A stretch of 64,000 nt of DNA from Octopus sinensis (GCF_006345805.1 NC_043000.1:72106001-72170000), one strand, 5' to 3'. Counted from the stretch's first letter, positions 1-14,220 are shown. Notes: a model not told the origin generated them from the letters alone. A program made the numbers and translations.

Positions 1-184
1 ATCTACACACCCCGTGCCCTCACCCACAGGAATGACCGCTGCCTGACCCGTTAAAATCTTCAACGCACCCACCACCCGTTCTCAACATACACTGATAAAC
101 AGTTTGACCATGGGCTCTTAGGAGCCTAGTTCGATTTGTTTTGCTCCGCCTCTGTTCTGTTTTTGTTTTTTCCAACGGATTTCC

Positions 185-277
185 TATTTCTTCCTGAAGA
201 GAAAGACACAATATGGTCTCATTATTCAATCGGATTTTGGTAAATTGTGCCTTCCGAAACACGTGTAGAATGAAATA
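185..277 (+). ncRNA. Type I hammerhead ribozyme-like motif
   Basis: Stem I TATTTC-TTC (185-193) pairs with GAA-T-GAAATA (268-277). Core CTGAAGA 194-200. Stem II GAAAGACACAAT/ATTGTGCCTTCC has 12 positions with 2 A.C mismatches. GAAA 256-259, palindromic stem III ACACGTGT, GUA cleavage triplet (after 267). Confidence 0.75.
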
Positions 278-479
278 AAACGATTTCTGTTCAATCTTCG
301 TTCAGCTCCATTTCTTCAATTCACTAATAATATTAAAATTCAATTATCCGCACCAACGCACGGTTGCAACACCATATGGTTGTACCTCCAACCGTGCTGT
401 CTTCTGCTGTGATTTTTGCTACCAAGGTATCGGTTAAACTTTTGATTAATCTGCTACAAGATTATTCATCTTTCTATTT

Positions 480-557
<78 letters not shown>

Positions 558-631
558 GCCGAACTAACAAGTCGAGTGTTAATGTGTCTCTCCTAAAGTT
601 TAAAAAGACCTCCAAGAGATCGATGTTATCA

Positions 632-836
632 GAAGTGAATTTTGTCTGTAAAGCAAATATAAATGAAAGTACGACAAGACACTGTATTTGAGAAGAATAT
701 TTTCGCTTTTGATATAGTATTTGCGACTAGAACATACCTCGCGAGCACATGTGTTACTTCCTGAAGTCGAAGTGAATTTTGTCTGTGAAGCAACGACAAG
801 ACGCTGTATTTTTGAGAAGGATATTTTCGCTTTTGG
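632..836. repeat. Diverged direct repeat pair (~80 bp)
   Basis: GAAGTGAATTTTGTCTGT...ACGACAAGAC.CTGTATTT.GAGAAG.ATATTTTCGCTTTTG occurs at about 632-712 and 768-836. Confidence 0.6.
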
Positions 837-1299
837 TGTGGTGTATCCGTGTGTTTTGAAAACATCTGAAAATTTGCTGCCTCATACCAAATTGCTTAAA
901 TATTGATCTCGCAAAGGGATCGAAACATAAGAAAATATTGAAAATATTGCATCTACGAACATCGGAACTCTATTCTTTTCTTTTGTTTACAAAATACAAG
1001 TAAAGAATACAGGAATATTGAAGGTCTGTCTTTTTATCTTTCTTTCTTCTAAAACAGAGTGAAGGTAAGTGTTCTCTCAGTCGGAAGGTAAGGAAAAATA
1101 TTATTTATTATTAGTGTTCTCTCAACCAGAAGATAAAAAACAAAAAAACGAAAACAAAAAACAAAAACAAAAAAACATTATTTATTATTATTAATAATTG
1201 ACGATCTTACGGTTCTAAGATCGCCAAATAATACATAGATATAATCGCGATTATAAATATAAAAGATATAAGAATACACGCTATCTGACTATCTGTGTA

Positions 1300-2130
1300 A
1301 CCTGCCATACTCTCTCTATCTCTTTCTTGTCTCTCCATCCATCAGACCCTCTATTTACGCTCTCTCTACCCCCCTCTCTCTCTCTGCCATCGTTTCTCTT
1401 TCTGCATCTTTCTCTCAGATCAACTTTCTCACATCTCACCCCCTCTCTGTTCTTCTACTTCACTCATTCTCTCTTATATCACTATCCCACCCTCTCTCTT
1501 TCTCTCTCTCTCCCTCTCTCTCTCTGTTACTCTCCCTCCCTCTCTCTGCCTCTCTTCTCTCCGCTCCTTCACAGATCAAACCCCTTTATCTCTTCTCCTT
1601 CTGTCCCCTTATTTCTTTCTCTACACCACCCTCCCTGTCCCTTTACCACATTCTCTTGCACCTCTATCGCACCCTCTCTTTCCCTCTCTCCTTTTTATTC
1701 CTACCTTTCCTCTCCCTGCTCCCTCTAAGGTTCACCCCCTTGTCTCTTTTTTCCTCTCTCTGTCTCCTTTCCCCACACCACCCTCTCTGTCCCTTTACTT
1801 CACTCTCTGGTACCCCTATCCCCCCTCTCTCACCCTCTCCATTTTATCTCTCTGCCTTTCTTCTCCCTGCTCCCCCTAAGGTTCATCCTCTTGTCTCTCT
1901 TTCCCCCTGTCCCTTTACTTTCTCTCTACCACACCTCTATCCCGCTCACTCTCCCCCTGTTGACCTGCCATTCTTTCTCTTTTCTCTCAGGACAATCCCC
2001 TCGTCTCTCTCTCTATCCCCCCCTGGATGATCTGCCACCAGCTTTTCTCCTTTCTCTTCTCCATCTCACGTCAACCATCTTATCTTTCCTTCTCTCTCTG
2101 TTCCTATATTTCACTCTTACTGTATCTCGG
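1300..2130 (+). repeat. Polypyrimidine (CT-rich) tract, probable 5' UTR of the LINE
   Basis: About 830 bp almost entirely C/T, with internal diverged repeats (CACCACCCTCTCTGTCCCTTTAC-like), directly upstream of the ORF1 ATG. Confidence 0.6.
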
Positions 2131-2136
2131 GCGAAA

Positions 2137-2937
2137 ATGTCAAGAAACTGGTCTGTGAGGGAGTTGAGATTGTTCGTCCGCGCCTGGAAGATTGCCGAGG
2201 GCGACTCGCCAAACAATACCATTGCAGCGGCGCTAAAGAGCAATGATTTTTCGAGGACCACCGCCCAGATAGAGCGAAAGAAACGAGAATTTCTCCGTTC
2301 ACACGCTCTAATCAGGCAACACATGGACACTCTGGACATCATCCTAAGAAGTGACTGCACCAGGGAAGACCAAAAAGATGAAGAAAACACCCAGGACCCA
2401 ACAAAAGGCACAACCGAGAAATCTGCAACCAAGGGAAACAATGGCACATGTCCAGCTCCCAACACAACTGAAGACCAAAGAGGTGCGATAGCCGCAAAAA
2501 AAAGAAAGCACCCTAAAATTGATGGGAAACAAGAGGTAAAAGACAAGAAAATTAAAACTAAAAGAAACACTGTTCAGAAAATACAAAAGAACCCCAGCAA
2601 GAACTATAAGGGCAAAGGGAGAAACATCTGCAAATTCTACCTGAAGGGGGACTTCTGGCACGGCGTCGGAGGTGCAAACTGTCGCTTTGCACATCAGAAG
2701 CCCTACCAAAACCGCACGGACACAAGACAAAAATCCCTCCCTCGGGGAGAACAAAAAGATAAAGAAAAAGAAAAATATAAAAGAAGGAAAAATAGCGCAC
2801 TGACCACTCCTGAAAGACGATATGCAGATGTAGTGCGCGGTAACCCAACAAATGGCCAGCTTCACCCAGATGTGAGAAGAGCAGCAGCTGAACAGCAATC
2901 TTTTTTGTGCATGGCACAAAAATTGTTCAGCAGCTGA
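2137..2937 (+). CDS. LINE ORF1 protein (266 aa): N-terminal Myb/SANT-like domain, basic linker, CCCH-like zinc finger
   Basis: ATG at 2137 is in frame with track ORF 1891..2937. MSRNWSVRELRLFVRAW...SRTTAQIERKKREF resembles trihelix Myb/SANT. CKFYLKGDFWHGVGGANCRFAH resembles CCCH with the second Cys replaced by Phe. Confidence 0.75.
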   Translation: MSRNWSVRELRLFVRAWKIAEGDSPNNTIAAALKSNDFSRTTAQIERKKREFLRSHALIRQHMDTLDIILRSDCTREDQKDEENTQDPTKGTTEKSATKGNNGTCPAPNTTEDQRGAIAAKKRKHPKIDGKQEVKDKKIKTKRNTVQKIQKNPSKNYKGKGRNICKFYLKGDFWHGVGGANCRFAHQKPYQNRTDTRQKSLPRGEQKDKEKEKYKRRKNSALTTPERRYADVVRGNPTNGQLHPDVRRAAAEQQSFLCMAQKLFSS

Positions 2938-5900
2938 CCTGGCTACAAGCACAAAGCTGGAACTACCACCACATAAGGCCACCACCAACAGATGCAGGAT
3001 GGCCAACACTGACACCAACACACACCACAAAAACATTTCTACTGAACGTAGGAGGGCCGCTGCGCGGCAACTGTAAAAGGAAAATTTCATTCCTGAGAGA
3101 CCTTGTGACATGGAATCAAGCTATATGCATGGCACTCACAGAAACGCATCTTAGACTCGATATAGGGGATGCAGAAATACACATTCCACAATATGCAGTC
3201 ATACGCTCAGATAGAAAAGGGAGGAGCCATGGTGGAGTTGCAATGTACATCCGAGATGACCTAACGCCCCAGGTCCTGTTGTTATATTCAAACTCAGTGT
3301 GTGACACTCAAATTGTACACATAAGACAACTGAATATCGTCATATGCACTACATATCGCCCACCAGTTGCCCCAAATCACTCAGGCATATTTGAAGACTG
3401 CCTAACAAAAATAGAAGTCCTCACCAACCTTGAAAAACACAACAGTGTATTCTTTATGGGTGACTTTAACTTCCCCAATGTGGAATGGCCTGGGCGGGGG
3501 CAGATGCTCTCAGGGATGACACACCATCAGCAGGCACAGGCAGGGCCCTGCTCCATCTCACAAATGCCTCTTTCATGGAGCAAATAGTTCTGCAACCAAC
3601 AAGGGCAGATAATATACCGGATCTCTGCTTCACAAACAATATGGATATTATCCATAATATTAAAGTGATGCCGACAATGATCTCGGATCAGAATATAATG
3701 GAGCTGTCTATGTATGGACCAAAAGCCCCCGTAGACACACAGCCTATACGAAGCATCCACCATCTCTCCAACTTAAACTTTCATAAAGCAAACTGGAAGT
3801 TGATTGAGAAAGAGATCCAGGATTGGCCTAAATGTCTCTCCACACCGGACATTAACATGAAACACAAACACTTCATGTCTATAATACAAGCCATATGTGA
3901 CAAATATGTCCCAGTGTGCAGGGCCAGTACACACAAAAACAAAAACAGGATCCCTAGAGAAAGGAAGATTCTTATGAGACGACGGACAAGGATTGCGAAC
4001 CGCGTGAGCAAGCACACCAAAAGTGGTGAGAAGTCTCGGCTCGAGAGAATGCTAATGGAATTTGAGAAAAGTCTGCATCAGTCCCATGAAAAGGAGAGAG
4101 CAGATAAAGAAGCTTGGGTAATAGAAAATATAAAATCAAACCCTAAAGCTTTCTTTAAGTTTGCCAAAGAGACAGCCATAGTGCACCAGAGAATAGGACC
4201 TCTCTTCCAAAAAGATGGCTCTCTCACAGGAAATCCCACGAGGATAAGTGAAATACTGAACGAACAATTCCAAAGTGTGTTCACTACACCTCTAGGACAC
4301 AGGCAAGTAAACAACCCAGAAGAATTCTTTGCCACTTTACCTGCGGCCAAAGAGGCAAAAATTGAGTACATCAACATTGAAGATGATGATATCACACTAA
4401 CCATAGATGAGATTGACACAAACTCAGCTGCTGGACCTGATGGATTCCCAGCGATCCTTCTCAAATCGTGCAAACGATCCCTTGCAAAACCGCTACAGCT
4501 TCTTTTTCAAAGCTTTCTTGCAAGTGGTAAGCTCCCAGTCAAATTGAAAGAGGGGGTAATATGCCCTATCCATAAGGGAGGTAGCAGAGCAGATGCTAAA
4601 AATTATAGGCCTATCTCTCTGATCTCACACATCAGCAAAGTCATGGAACGAATAGTCCGCAAGAAACTAATCATGTTCCTTGAAGAAAATGACTTGCTGT
4701 CTGACACCCAGCATGGGTTTCCACCAGGTAGAAGCTGCCTAACACAGCTCCTGCAACACTATGACTGGGTGTTAAAACAGTTACTAAATGGCTCAAATGT
4801 GGATGTAATATATCTCGACTTTGCAAAAGCCTTTGATAAAGTCGACCACGGTATGATCTATCACAAACTGCATGGTCTCGGCATAGGCGGAAAACTTGGA
4901 GAGTGGCTGCACAACTTCCTAAAAGACAGAAGACAGACAGCTGTGCGCAATGGAGTCACCTCCAAGGAAACACAAATAACAAGCGGTGTTCCACAGGGCA
5001 CTGTCTTGGGGCCACTGATGTTCATAGTGGCCCTTTCAGACATGCCCTCAGTTGCTACGATGGCCACCCTTGCTAGCTATGCAGATAACACAAAAGTCTC
5101 CGACACAATACAAAACCCTGAAAATATTGCGCATCTGCAACAGGAGTTGGATACTATATACAGGTGGGCTGAGGACAAAAACATGCAGTTTAATGCAGGT
5201 AAGTTCCAGGCCCTGCGCTACCGGCACACAAAGGTAAGCGACATGCAGACTGGATACACTGGCCCAGGAAGCAATCCCTGAGTCAAAATCAGTGCGTGAC
5301 CTGGGCATTGACATGAGCAATGATGCAGCTTTCCAAGTGCATATTACTAATCTGGTGATAAAATGCAGACGGCTAGCTGGATGGATTCTCCGAACTTTCA
5401 GAACAAGAGAGAAGGAGACACTGATGGTCCTCTGGAAAAAATTCGTCCTCAGCCGCTTGGACTACTGTTCCCAACTATGGTCACCACACAATATAAAACT
5501 AATAGCAGAAATCTAAGCAATTCAAAGAAGCTACACAAAGAAGATCGTCTCAATGCAAAATATCAGCTACTGGGAAAGACTGAAAGTATTAAACCTCTTC
5601 TCCCTAGAGCGAAGGCAGGAGAGATATGCGGTGATATAGATCTGGAAAATCCTGGAGGGTCTTGTCCCAAACTTTGGCATTCAAAGTTACCCCAACCGCA
5701 GAACGGGGTGCCACTGCATGGTGCCAAAGATTCCAACATCACCATCAAAATACAGGTCCAGATACTGCAACAGCTTGGGTTTCAGAGGACCACAGCTCTT
5801 TAACATCCTCCCTAAATGCCTGAGAGATTACATGGTGTGGATATGGGTTTCTTTAAAACTAAACTGGATGTCTTGTTGTCGGGGGTCCCAGATGAACCTA

Positions 5901-5950
5901 CCTCACGACAGGAGACACAGATGCGGGCATCGGCATCGAACTCCCTTGTT
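2907..5950 (+). pseudogene. LINE ORF2 (APE endonuclease + reverse transcriptase), frameshifted
   Basis: Split over ORFs 2907..3587, 3485..5281, 5292..5516 and 5718 onward. Frameshifts near 3540 and 5280, stop at 5514-5516. Confidence 0.9.
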
Positions 5951-6152
5951 GATCAAGTGCCACGTATCAGAGGTGGATTCACATATTAGTGTAGCTCATT
6001 CAGCGGTGGTGCCCCAGCATGGCCGCGGCCTTCGGGTTAAAACATTTTAAAGGATTTTAAGGATTTTTAAGGATATATATATATATATATATATGGATGT
6101 ATATATATATATATGTATATATACATACATACATACATCATACATACATACA

Positions 6153-6186
<34 letters not shown>

Positions 6187-6346
6187 CATACAGACACACA
6201 CATACACACACACACACACACATATATATATACTACTTCATTATCGTATTTCATTTTCGTCTTGTATGAGCATGTATATGTTAAATAAAATGAGACAACA
6301 AAATCAAGGCTGTGGGGATTTTCAGGACATTTATAAAGAGAAAGTT

Positions 6347-6394
6347 ACTCTTACAGCTGTTTCTAGGATATTAGGGATATCCCTTCGTCAGAGA
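6347..6394 (-). ncRNA. Type I hammerhead ribozyme-like motif
   Basis: Minus strand: TCT-CTGACGA-AGGGATAT-CCCTA-ATATCCTA-GAAA-C-AGCT-GTA-AGA. Seven-bp stem II over an A.A mismatch, palindrome ACAGCTGT, only 3 bp of stem I. Confidence 0.6.
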
Positions 6395-6766
6395 CGATGT
6401 GAGATGGTTAAATAGGGGGAAATAGTAGAGTTCAATATAAGGAGTTATTTTGAAAAAAGATGGAAATAAGAAGTATAAAAGGGAATAAAAGAATAAAAGT
6501 TAAAATAAAAGTATACGTAGGATGTTATAGTTGCAGTTCCAGTATCCAAGGAAAGTGGTGTATAGAAGTGGTAGATATGCTTCTTGTCCATGGTATGTAA
6601 ATTCCGATAGGAGTTCATATTTTATCATTACAAACGGGAAGTGTGGAGACATTGATTCCATGTGCTGTTCATTCAAAGGGGTCTTGTGGTGTGAATGAAA
6701 TTTTGAGAATGTAGTGGTAGTATTAAGTAGATAGAGAGGAGAGAAAAATGTGTGTTAGAATGAGGC

Positions 6767-8230
<1,464 letters not shown>

Positions 8231-8248
8231 TGAGTAATTGTAACATAT

Positions 8249-8294
<46 letters not shown>

Positions 8295-8479
8295 GTACAT
8301 GAATAGATACAAACAAGCATACGTAAATACATGCATATATACACACACATGCATGCATGCAAGCATACATACATGCATAAATGCATGCATATATACATAC
8401 ACACATGCATGCATGCATGCATACATACATACATACATACATACATACATACATACATGCATACATACATGATAGCTGT

Positions 8480-9155
8480 CCACTCGTGACTGAGGAAGAC
8501 CATCACTGACCGTTGCCCAAGCAAAATGACAGCAATGCCCGTGTATTAGTTTATTGCAGCTGCGATCAGCTCCACCTTGGTTTGCATCCGTGGCTTTCAT
8601 GCTAGCTGCGGCATCCTCCTACTTGACGAGGATCAGAAAGTTGCCTCGCCGGCGATTGCGCAGTCTAAAATTTTAGGTCCAATAAGCGGATCCTCTCCAC
8701 CCAATTGACATGATCCAGAGACAAGCTTAGGCAAGAGATTCAATATCAATATGGATCACCGGCTCAGGAATGTGGGAGCGCCATGACCTTATGCACAAGC
8801 AAAAGATCCCCTGAATGTTTAATGCCATTTCCGATATATTTGATTTTATATCAGTGTGACCTTCTCCCAGAGACATGCTTTAAGAAAAGTTGAGTGGTAC
8901 CTCACTCCCAGTTGTCTTCCAGCAAGCCGGAATTTCTGAGGGCCCGTGCTATTGCTAGATAGTCATTGAACCTTTACTATGCTAATTCGTTCATTTGACA
9001 GGGTTTTAATAAAAAGTCTTGCTGGGTTTCTAGCAATCTCCACACACCGGGCAAACTTGTGGGAGTGCCGGTTTAGTCATTCACAATGCAACAGTTTGTT
9101 CTGGATTCCATATTACCAGTAGCACTCGTGCAAGACCTCACAAGCAATCTGAGAT
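8480..9155 (-). mobile_element. Probable highly decayed LINE RT fragment
   Basis: Minus-strand frames give RT-like pieces ([22 protein letters not shown]) with many stops. Confidence 0.3.
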
Positions 9156-9268
9156 ATCCATCCATCCATCCATCCATCCATCCATCCATCCACCCATTCA
9201 TCTATCCATCCATCCATCCATACACACATTCATACATATATATTTGTGTATATATATATATATATATA

Positions 9269-9334
<66 letters not shown>

Positions 9335-9371
9335 TATATATATATATATATATAATATGTACATATATGTA

Positions 9372-9408
<37 letters not shown>

Positions 9409-9800
9409 TAATAATAATAATAATATTAGGGAGTAAATCCAAACTTACAGGGAAAAATTAGATTTAGGATTAAATCTAATTTTATAGTATAAATATATAT
9501 ATATTATATTAAATTAGAGATAAAACCACTATAAGGCAAATCAAACAGTGAAAATCATAAGCCAATACAAAGAAATAAAATTAATTAATAAAATATATAA
9601 AAAAAATTTAAAATATAAAATTCCAAATTAAAATATTTAAATTAAAGTTAAGATTTAAAAAATTATTTAAATTAATAATTTATAATTATAAATTTTAAAT
9701 ATATATATATATATATTATTATTTTATTTATTTATTTATTTATTTTTTTATTTATATAACTATCAAAAAGTATTAAAAGTTTAATATAAGATAAAGAGTA

Positions 9801-9900
9801 AAACCACTACGATCGTTTCATGCCCGTAACCAATTCGAATAACAATAATTTAAATTCAATTAATAATTCGAATTATAGTTACAGTGAATCTTCAGGTTAA
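9801..9900 (-). ncRNA. Hammerhead-like motif with long AT-rich stem II
   Basis: Minus strand: intact CTGAAGA (9889-9895) and GAAA, palindrome ACGATCGT, GUA triplet. Stems I and II are partly decayed, with U.U at the base of stem II. Confidence 0.5.
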
Positions 9901-10620
9901 TTGTAAAATTTTAATAAATAACCAGAGATATTTAAACAATATTTTTTAAGAAATAAATGAAATAATAATTTTTCTGATATAAAACTCTATTATCAAAATA
10001 CAAACTTAACGATTAAGATTAAGTTAAAACATCGATTATAATGTTCTATATTATTTGTTTTTAGTTCCCAAATTTGGGAACTGTAAATGGGATTAGGACC
10101 ATTTGACATTGACCTAGTTTCTCTCACCAAATAGCAGTAATTGGCATTTATTAGTGGCAATTGCTGTCTTCAACATGAATTCCATTTATGGGGTTCTGAA
10201 ACCTCCTTTACCCCATTTCTACAATTAAAAAATCTTTATTGCTTCTAACCTTACAGCAGTTAGGAACAGCCATATCTTAGTCAGTCAGTGGAAGGACTTC
10301 ACTACCTCATATGTTCTTAAAATTTAAATACACATCTTTGTCTGTATATCTACCTTCTCTATAATGTTGCCACTTGATTTGAAAATTTTTGTATTAATGG
10401 AAAACCTCTATAATTGGCTGATGAGTACTCAGCATCTTAAATCTGTTGTAGTACGAAATGATGTAGTACGAAACGATCGTACCAAATTACCGGAGTCATT
10501 CTTCTTGCTTATTTTGATTATAATCACCCCACGGATTTTTACGGATAACACCATACAACATTCTGGTGCATCTAAATTAAGTACCATATTCATTTGAATC
10601 TAAATTTTTGCTGAACTTAT

Positions 10621-11033
10621 ACTCTTTCTCTTTTACTCTTTTACTTGTTTCAGTCATTCGACTGCGGCCATGCTGGAGCACCGCCTTTAGTCGAGCAAAT
10701 CGACCCTGGGACTTATTCATTCTTTGTAAGCCCAGTATTTATTCTATCGGTCTCTTTTGCCGAACCGCTAAGTGACGGGGACGTAAACACACCAGCATCG
10801 GTTGTCAAGCAATGCTAGAGGGACAAACACAGACATACAAACATATACATACATATATATACATATATACGACAGGCTTCTTTCAGTTTCTGTCTACCAA
10901 ATCCACTCACAAGGCATTGGTCGGATCGGGGCTATAGCAGAAGACATTTGCCCAAGATGCCACGCAGTGGGACTGAACCCAGAACCATGTGGCTGGTTAG
11001 CAAGCTACTTACCACACAGCCACTCCTGCGCCT
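10621..11033 (-). mobile_element. tRNA-derived SINE, full length
   Basis: Minus strand starts AGGCGCAGGAGTGGCTGTGTGGT...GGTTCAGTCCC (A/B-box-like head) and ends ...GACTGAAACAAGTAAAAGAG. Homologous copies recur in the window. Confidence 0.85.
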
Positions 11034-11048
11034 ATATAATATATATAT

Positions 11049-11117
<69 letters not shown>

Positions 11118-11558
11118 TATATATAATTATTTTTCTTATAGAAACAAAATAACGCGTGTCATAAGAAACAATACATGTCGATGGATTGTACTTTTATTTC
11201 AATATTTCAGGGATAGGATTTTTCATCAGGAATTCTTAGGAGAAATGGTGTTGTGAGCCGAGTTCTCTGTTCTGCAGAAAAAATAGGGACCTGTATTATT
11301 TCTTATGACTCGCATTGTTTTGCCTTTATAAAGAAAAATCGTAAATAATGATTAACACACACCCACTCACACACACGCACACACAAAGAACGCAGGGTTG
11401 CATAATCGGAGTGTTACCTAACACTCAGTTGAACTCCTAGTGCGAAACCGATTGGTAAGGTTGGCCGTAATGGATGTATAATACAATACTGTACACTTGG
11501 ATTAATATATGTATATATATATAGGGGAGACAAGCACCTCCATCCAGCTAAGCCTGCA

Positions 11559-11600
11559 TCCAGAGACATGTTCCTGAGTCTTGCTCGTCATCAGTCTGGA
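11559..11600 (-). ncRNA. Minimal type I hammerhead-like motif (A13G substitution)
   Basis: Minus strand: TCCAGA-CTGATGA-CGAG-CAAGA-CTCA-GGAA-C-AT-GTC-TCTGGA. Perfect 6-bp stem I, palindrome ACATGT, C.A at the base of stem II. Confidence 0.65.
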
Positions 11601-11702
11601 GTAGCATGGCTTGCTAGCTGGCTGCAGATACCTGTCTAGACTTTGCAAACATGTATAATTTCAGTGAAGTAAATTCACGTGATCAGTGAATTTACTTCAC
11701 TG

Positions 11703-11755
<53 letters not shown>

Positions 11756-11829
11756 TTATCTGACAATGCTTCATGCAAACTATACTACTCACAGACACAC
11801 ACATACACATACATATGTATGTATGTATG

Positions 11830-11863
<34 letters not shown>

Positions 11864-12685
11864 TGTATGTATGTATGTATGTATGTATGTATGTATGTAT
11901 GTACACACACATATATAATTCAAAATCTACTGAAAAGAGAAGAATACGATAGATGAAGAAAAGAAACAACTAGCAGGTGTATTAGTTCTAACGGTTTCAC
12001 ATGATGAAATGACCAGAAGAAATAGGCCGATTAAAGGGGGGATAGTGACAAGTCCGACAGGGGTGCATAAGCGAGTGTGTGCATGGGAGAATATTGATAG
12101 TGCATGGTTGTGTGTGTGTGGGGGGAGGTGTGCGAGTGCGTGTTTATGTATGTGTAGGTGAGCTTAAGATTATGTGCGCCTGTGTGCAGGTAGGGGAGCG
12201 CGTGTGTATGTGTTAAAGTAAATAATTTCATACATTGTATGGAGAAATGTGTGTTCCGTGCATTTATGTGTTTGTGTGTGGCCGTGAGTACGTGTGTGGA
12301 GTGTGAGAAACTGTGTATAGTATATATGTGTGAGGCTGTGTATAGATGTGTGTGCGTGTGTAAACGCATGTATGTATCAGCTAATATGTGTGTGTGCACA
12401 TGTGTGTGTTTGTGTGTGTGTGTGTAGTGTTGGTGGGAGGCGCATGTGCATCCGTCTTTGTGTCTGTGTATGTCTTTCGTCATTTGACAACCAGTATTGT
12501 TTGTTTACGTCGTCATAACTCCGTGGCTCAGCAAAAAGTCACGAAGAGAATTTGTACTAAATTTAAAAATAAGTACTGGAGTACGTTTCATCAAATAAAT
12601 CTTCCCATAGCCGCATTCCAATGACTCAAACAAGTATAGCATATAAGCATGTAAGTTTACACACACACGCACACACACACACACG

Positions 12686-12758
<73 letters not shown>

Positions 12759-12928
12759 CACACACACACACACACACACACACAATATATATATATATAA
12801 TTATATAAGTATAATTATAGTAAGGGCACTAATGAATAGCACCAAATGACTCTAAGAACCACATTATTTACCAGATTAGCACTGGCTGAAAGCGAAGGAA
12901 ATGAACAAAGAAGATTTTTTTTTTACAA

Positions 12929-13001
12929 AATTGTTTAACCATAGATCGATTTCTAATTTAGGGTTGTAACTCTCTTTACCGTCTTCAGTATGGTACAACT
13001 C
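12929..13001 (-). ncRNA. Type I hammerhead ribozyme-like motif, copy 1
   Basis: Minus strand: GAGTTGT-ACCATA-CTGAAGA-[stem II]-GAAA-T-CG-ATC-TATGGT-TAA-ACAATTT. Bulged extended stem I, palindrome ATCGAT, AUC triplet. Confidence 0.75.
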
Positions 13002-13174
13002 AAAGTACATAATTATAAACATTTATACATACCCATACGAACACAACGTATCTACAAGCGCATATACAAATGTTCACACATATACAAGCTGAATCTACTT
13101 TGATCATCTCGGCCCCGTGCGAATACGACCAAAATAATCCCGAAGTCAATATTTTGGTTGAAGTGTTTTGTAAA

Positions 13175-13219
13175 TTTCTAGTTTAGGGATGTAATTCCCT
13201 TTACCGTCTTCAGTATGGT
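13175..13219 (-). ncRNA. Hammerhead-like motif, copy 2 (truncated)
   Basis: Core, perfect AGGGA/TCCCT helix and GAAA are present. Stem III and the 3' strand of stem I are missing. Confidence 0.5.
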
Positions 13220-13529
13220 ACAACTCAAAGTACATAATTATGAACATTTATGGGTATGTATATATTCTTACTTAATTCAGTGCACTTTATAATCTTTATA
13301 ATCAAAGATAGATCTATATAAGATTTTATGAAGTAGCCAGCATGTAATAAGCCATATGGGTAACAATTAATACAAAATATATAATTATATAAATATAATT
13401 ATAGTAAGGAGACTAATGAGTAGTGCTACATGCTAGAAATAGACGCCAAATGGCTCTAAGAACTACATTTTTTATCATATTAGCATGGGCTGAAAGCGAG
13501 GGAAATGAACAGAAAATATTTTTTTACAA

Positions 13530-13602
13530 AATGGTTTAACCATAGATCAATTTCTAGTTTAGGGATGTAATTCCTTTTACCGTCTTCAGTATGGTACAAC
13601 TC
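13530..13602 (-). ncRNA. Type I hammerhead ribozyme-like motif, copy 3
   Basis: Same architecture as copy 1. Stem III reads ATTGAT (CpG-type change) and stem I ACCATA/TATGGT is intact. Confidence 0.7.
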
Positions 13603-14220
13603 AAAGTACATAATTATAAACATTTATGGGTATGTATATATTCTTACTTAATTCAGTGCACTTTCTAAACTTTGTACATTCTCAATAGTTGTTCAGTCAA
13701 ATTTACAAGTTCAGTAAGGAGAAGTATTGTTGAATAAAAATGAAATCAGTCGACACGATATTCATTCCTGAAAAAAAAAAAATTCACAGCGAGACTAAAT
13801 ACAAAGGTATTTGTGTCAGTATATTTATATATTCATAACCAATGCAGTATTGGTACACTAGAAATCGTTTGCCCAGTGATGTAATATTATCATGCATAAT
13901 GCATATGTTAAAGTGAATGCATATAGCTATTACATCTAAGTTAACATCTAAGAAGACGAATATGCTGGGAGAGATAAACGAGTTGATTTTGAACTTAGAT
14001 TCAATGTTCTTTTCGCTAGTATTGACAGTCCATAAGATGATAAAAGAGCATATGATGACAGGATCAAAAGCTGAGTAATTTAAAATGCTTACATCTCATA
14101 TTTTTAGGATTATATATATTAACCATGTGTTCTAAACCTCTATTTATAATCAATTTAGAAATAGCATGCTTTCAAAAACGACTAGCAATAAATGTTCTCC
14201 TTTCTGATCGACTATTCCTT

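Larger units (their letters stand above)
1300..6073 (+). mobile_element. CR1/L2-group non-LTR retrotransposon, near full length, ORF2 disrupted
   Basis: ORF1 followed by APE endonuclease (TETHL, YRPP, GDFNFP, DLCFTN) and RT (KNYRPISLIS, LDFAKAFDKVDH, GVPQGTVLGP, YADNTK) plus C-terminal domain (RDLGI, LDYCSQLWSP). 3' tail of short AAGGATTTT repeats at about 6049-6074. The 5' boundary is approximate. Confidence 0.9.
12800..13665 (-). repeat. Tandem hammerhead-bearing repeat (unit about 376 bp; retrozyme/pLTR-like)
   Basis: 12800-13025 matches about 13390-13625, and 13176-13288 matches 13552-13664. The core complement TCTTCAG lies at 12982, 13207 and 13583. Confidence 0.75.

Noticed and set aside
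1327-2030. Leu/Ser/Pro-rich ORFs
   Set aside because: They are a by-product of the CT-rich tract upstream of LINE ORF1.
10090-10420. Possible LINE remnant on minus
   Set aside because: No unambiguous RT or endonuclease motif in any frame.
10980-11033. tRNA-like sequence at SINE heads
   Set aside because: These are A/B-box-like SINE heads continuing into SINE body, with no complete cloverleaf. Not called as tRNA genes.
11415-11465. GAAACCGATTGGTA half-hammerhead
   Set aside because: A stem III/GUA half is present but there is no recognizable CUGANGA core upstream.
11975-12025. Possible minus-strand hammerhead (GAAACCGTT)
   Set aside because: No core sequence and no stem II.
12800-13665. 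CRISPR-like repeat-spacer array
   Set aside because: Eukaryotic context, long unequal units and no cas genes. Better explained as tandem hammerhead repeats.
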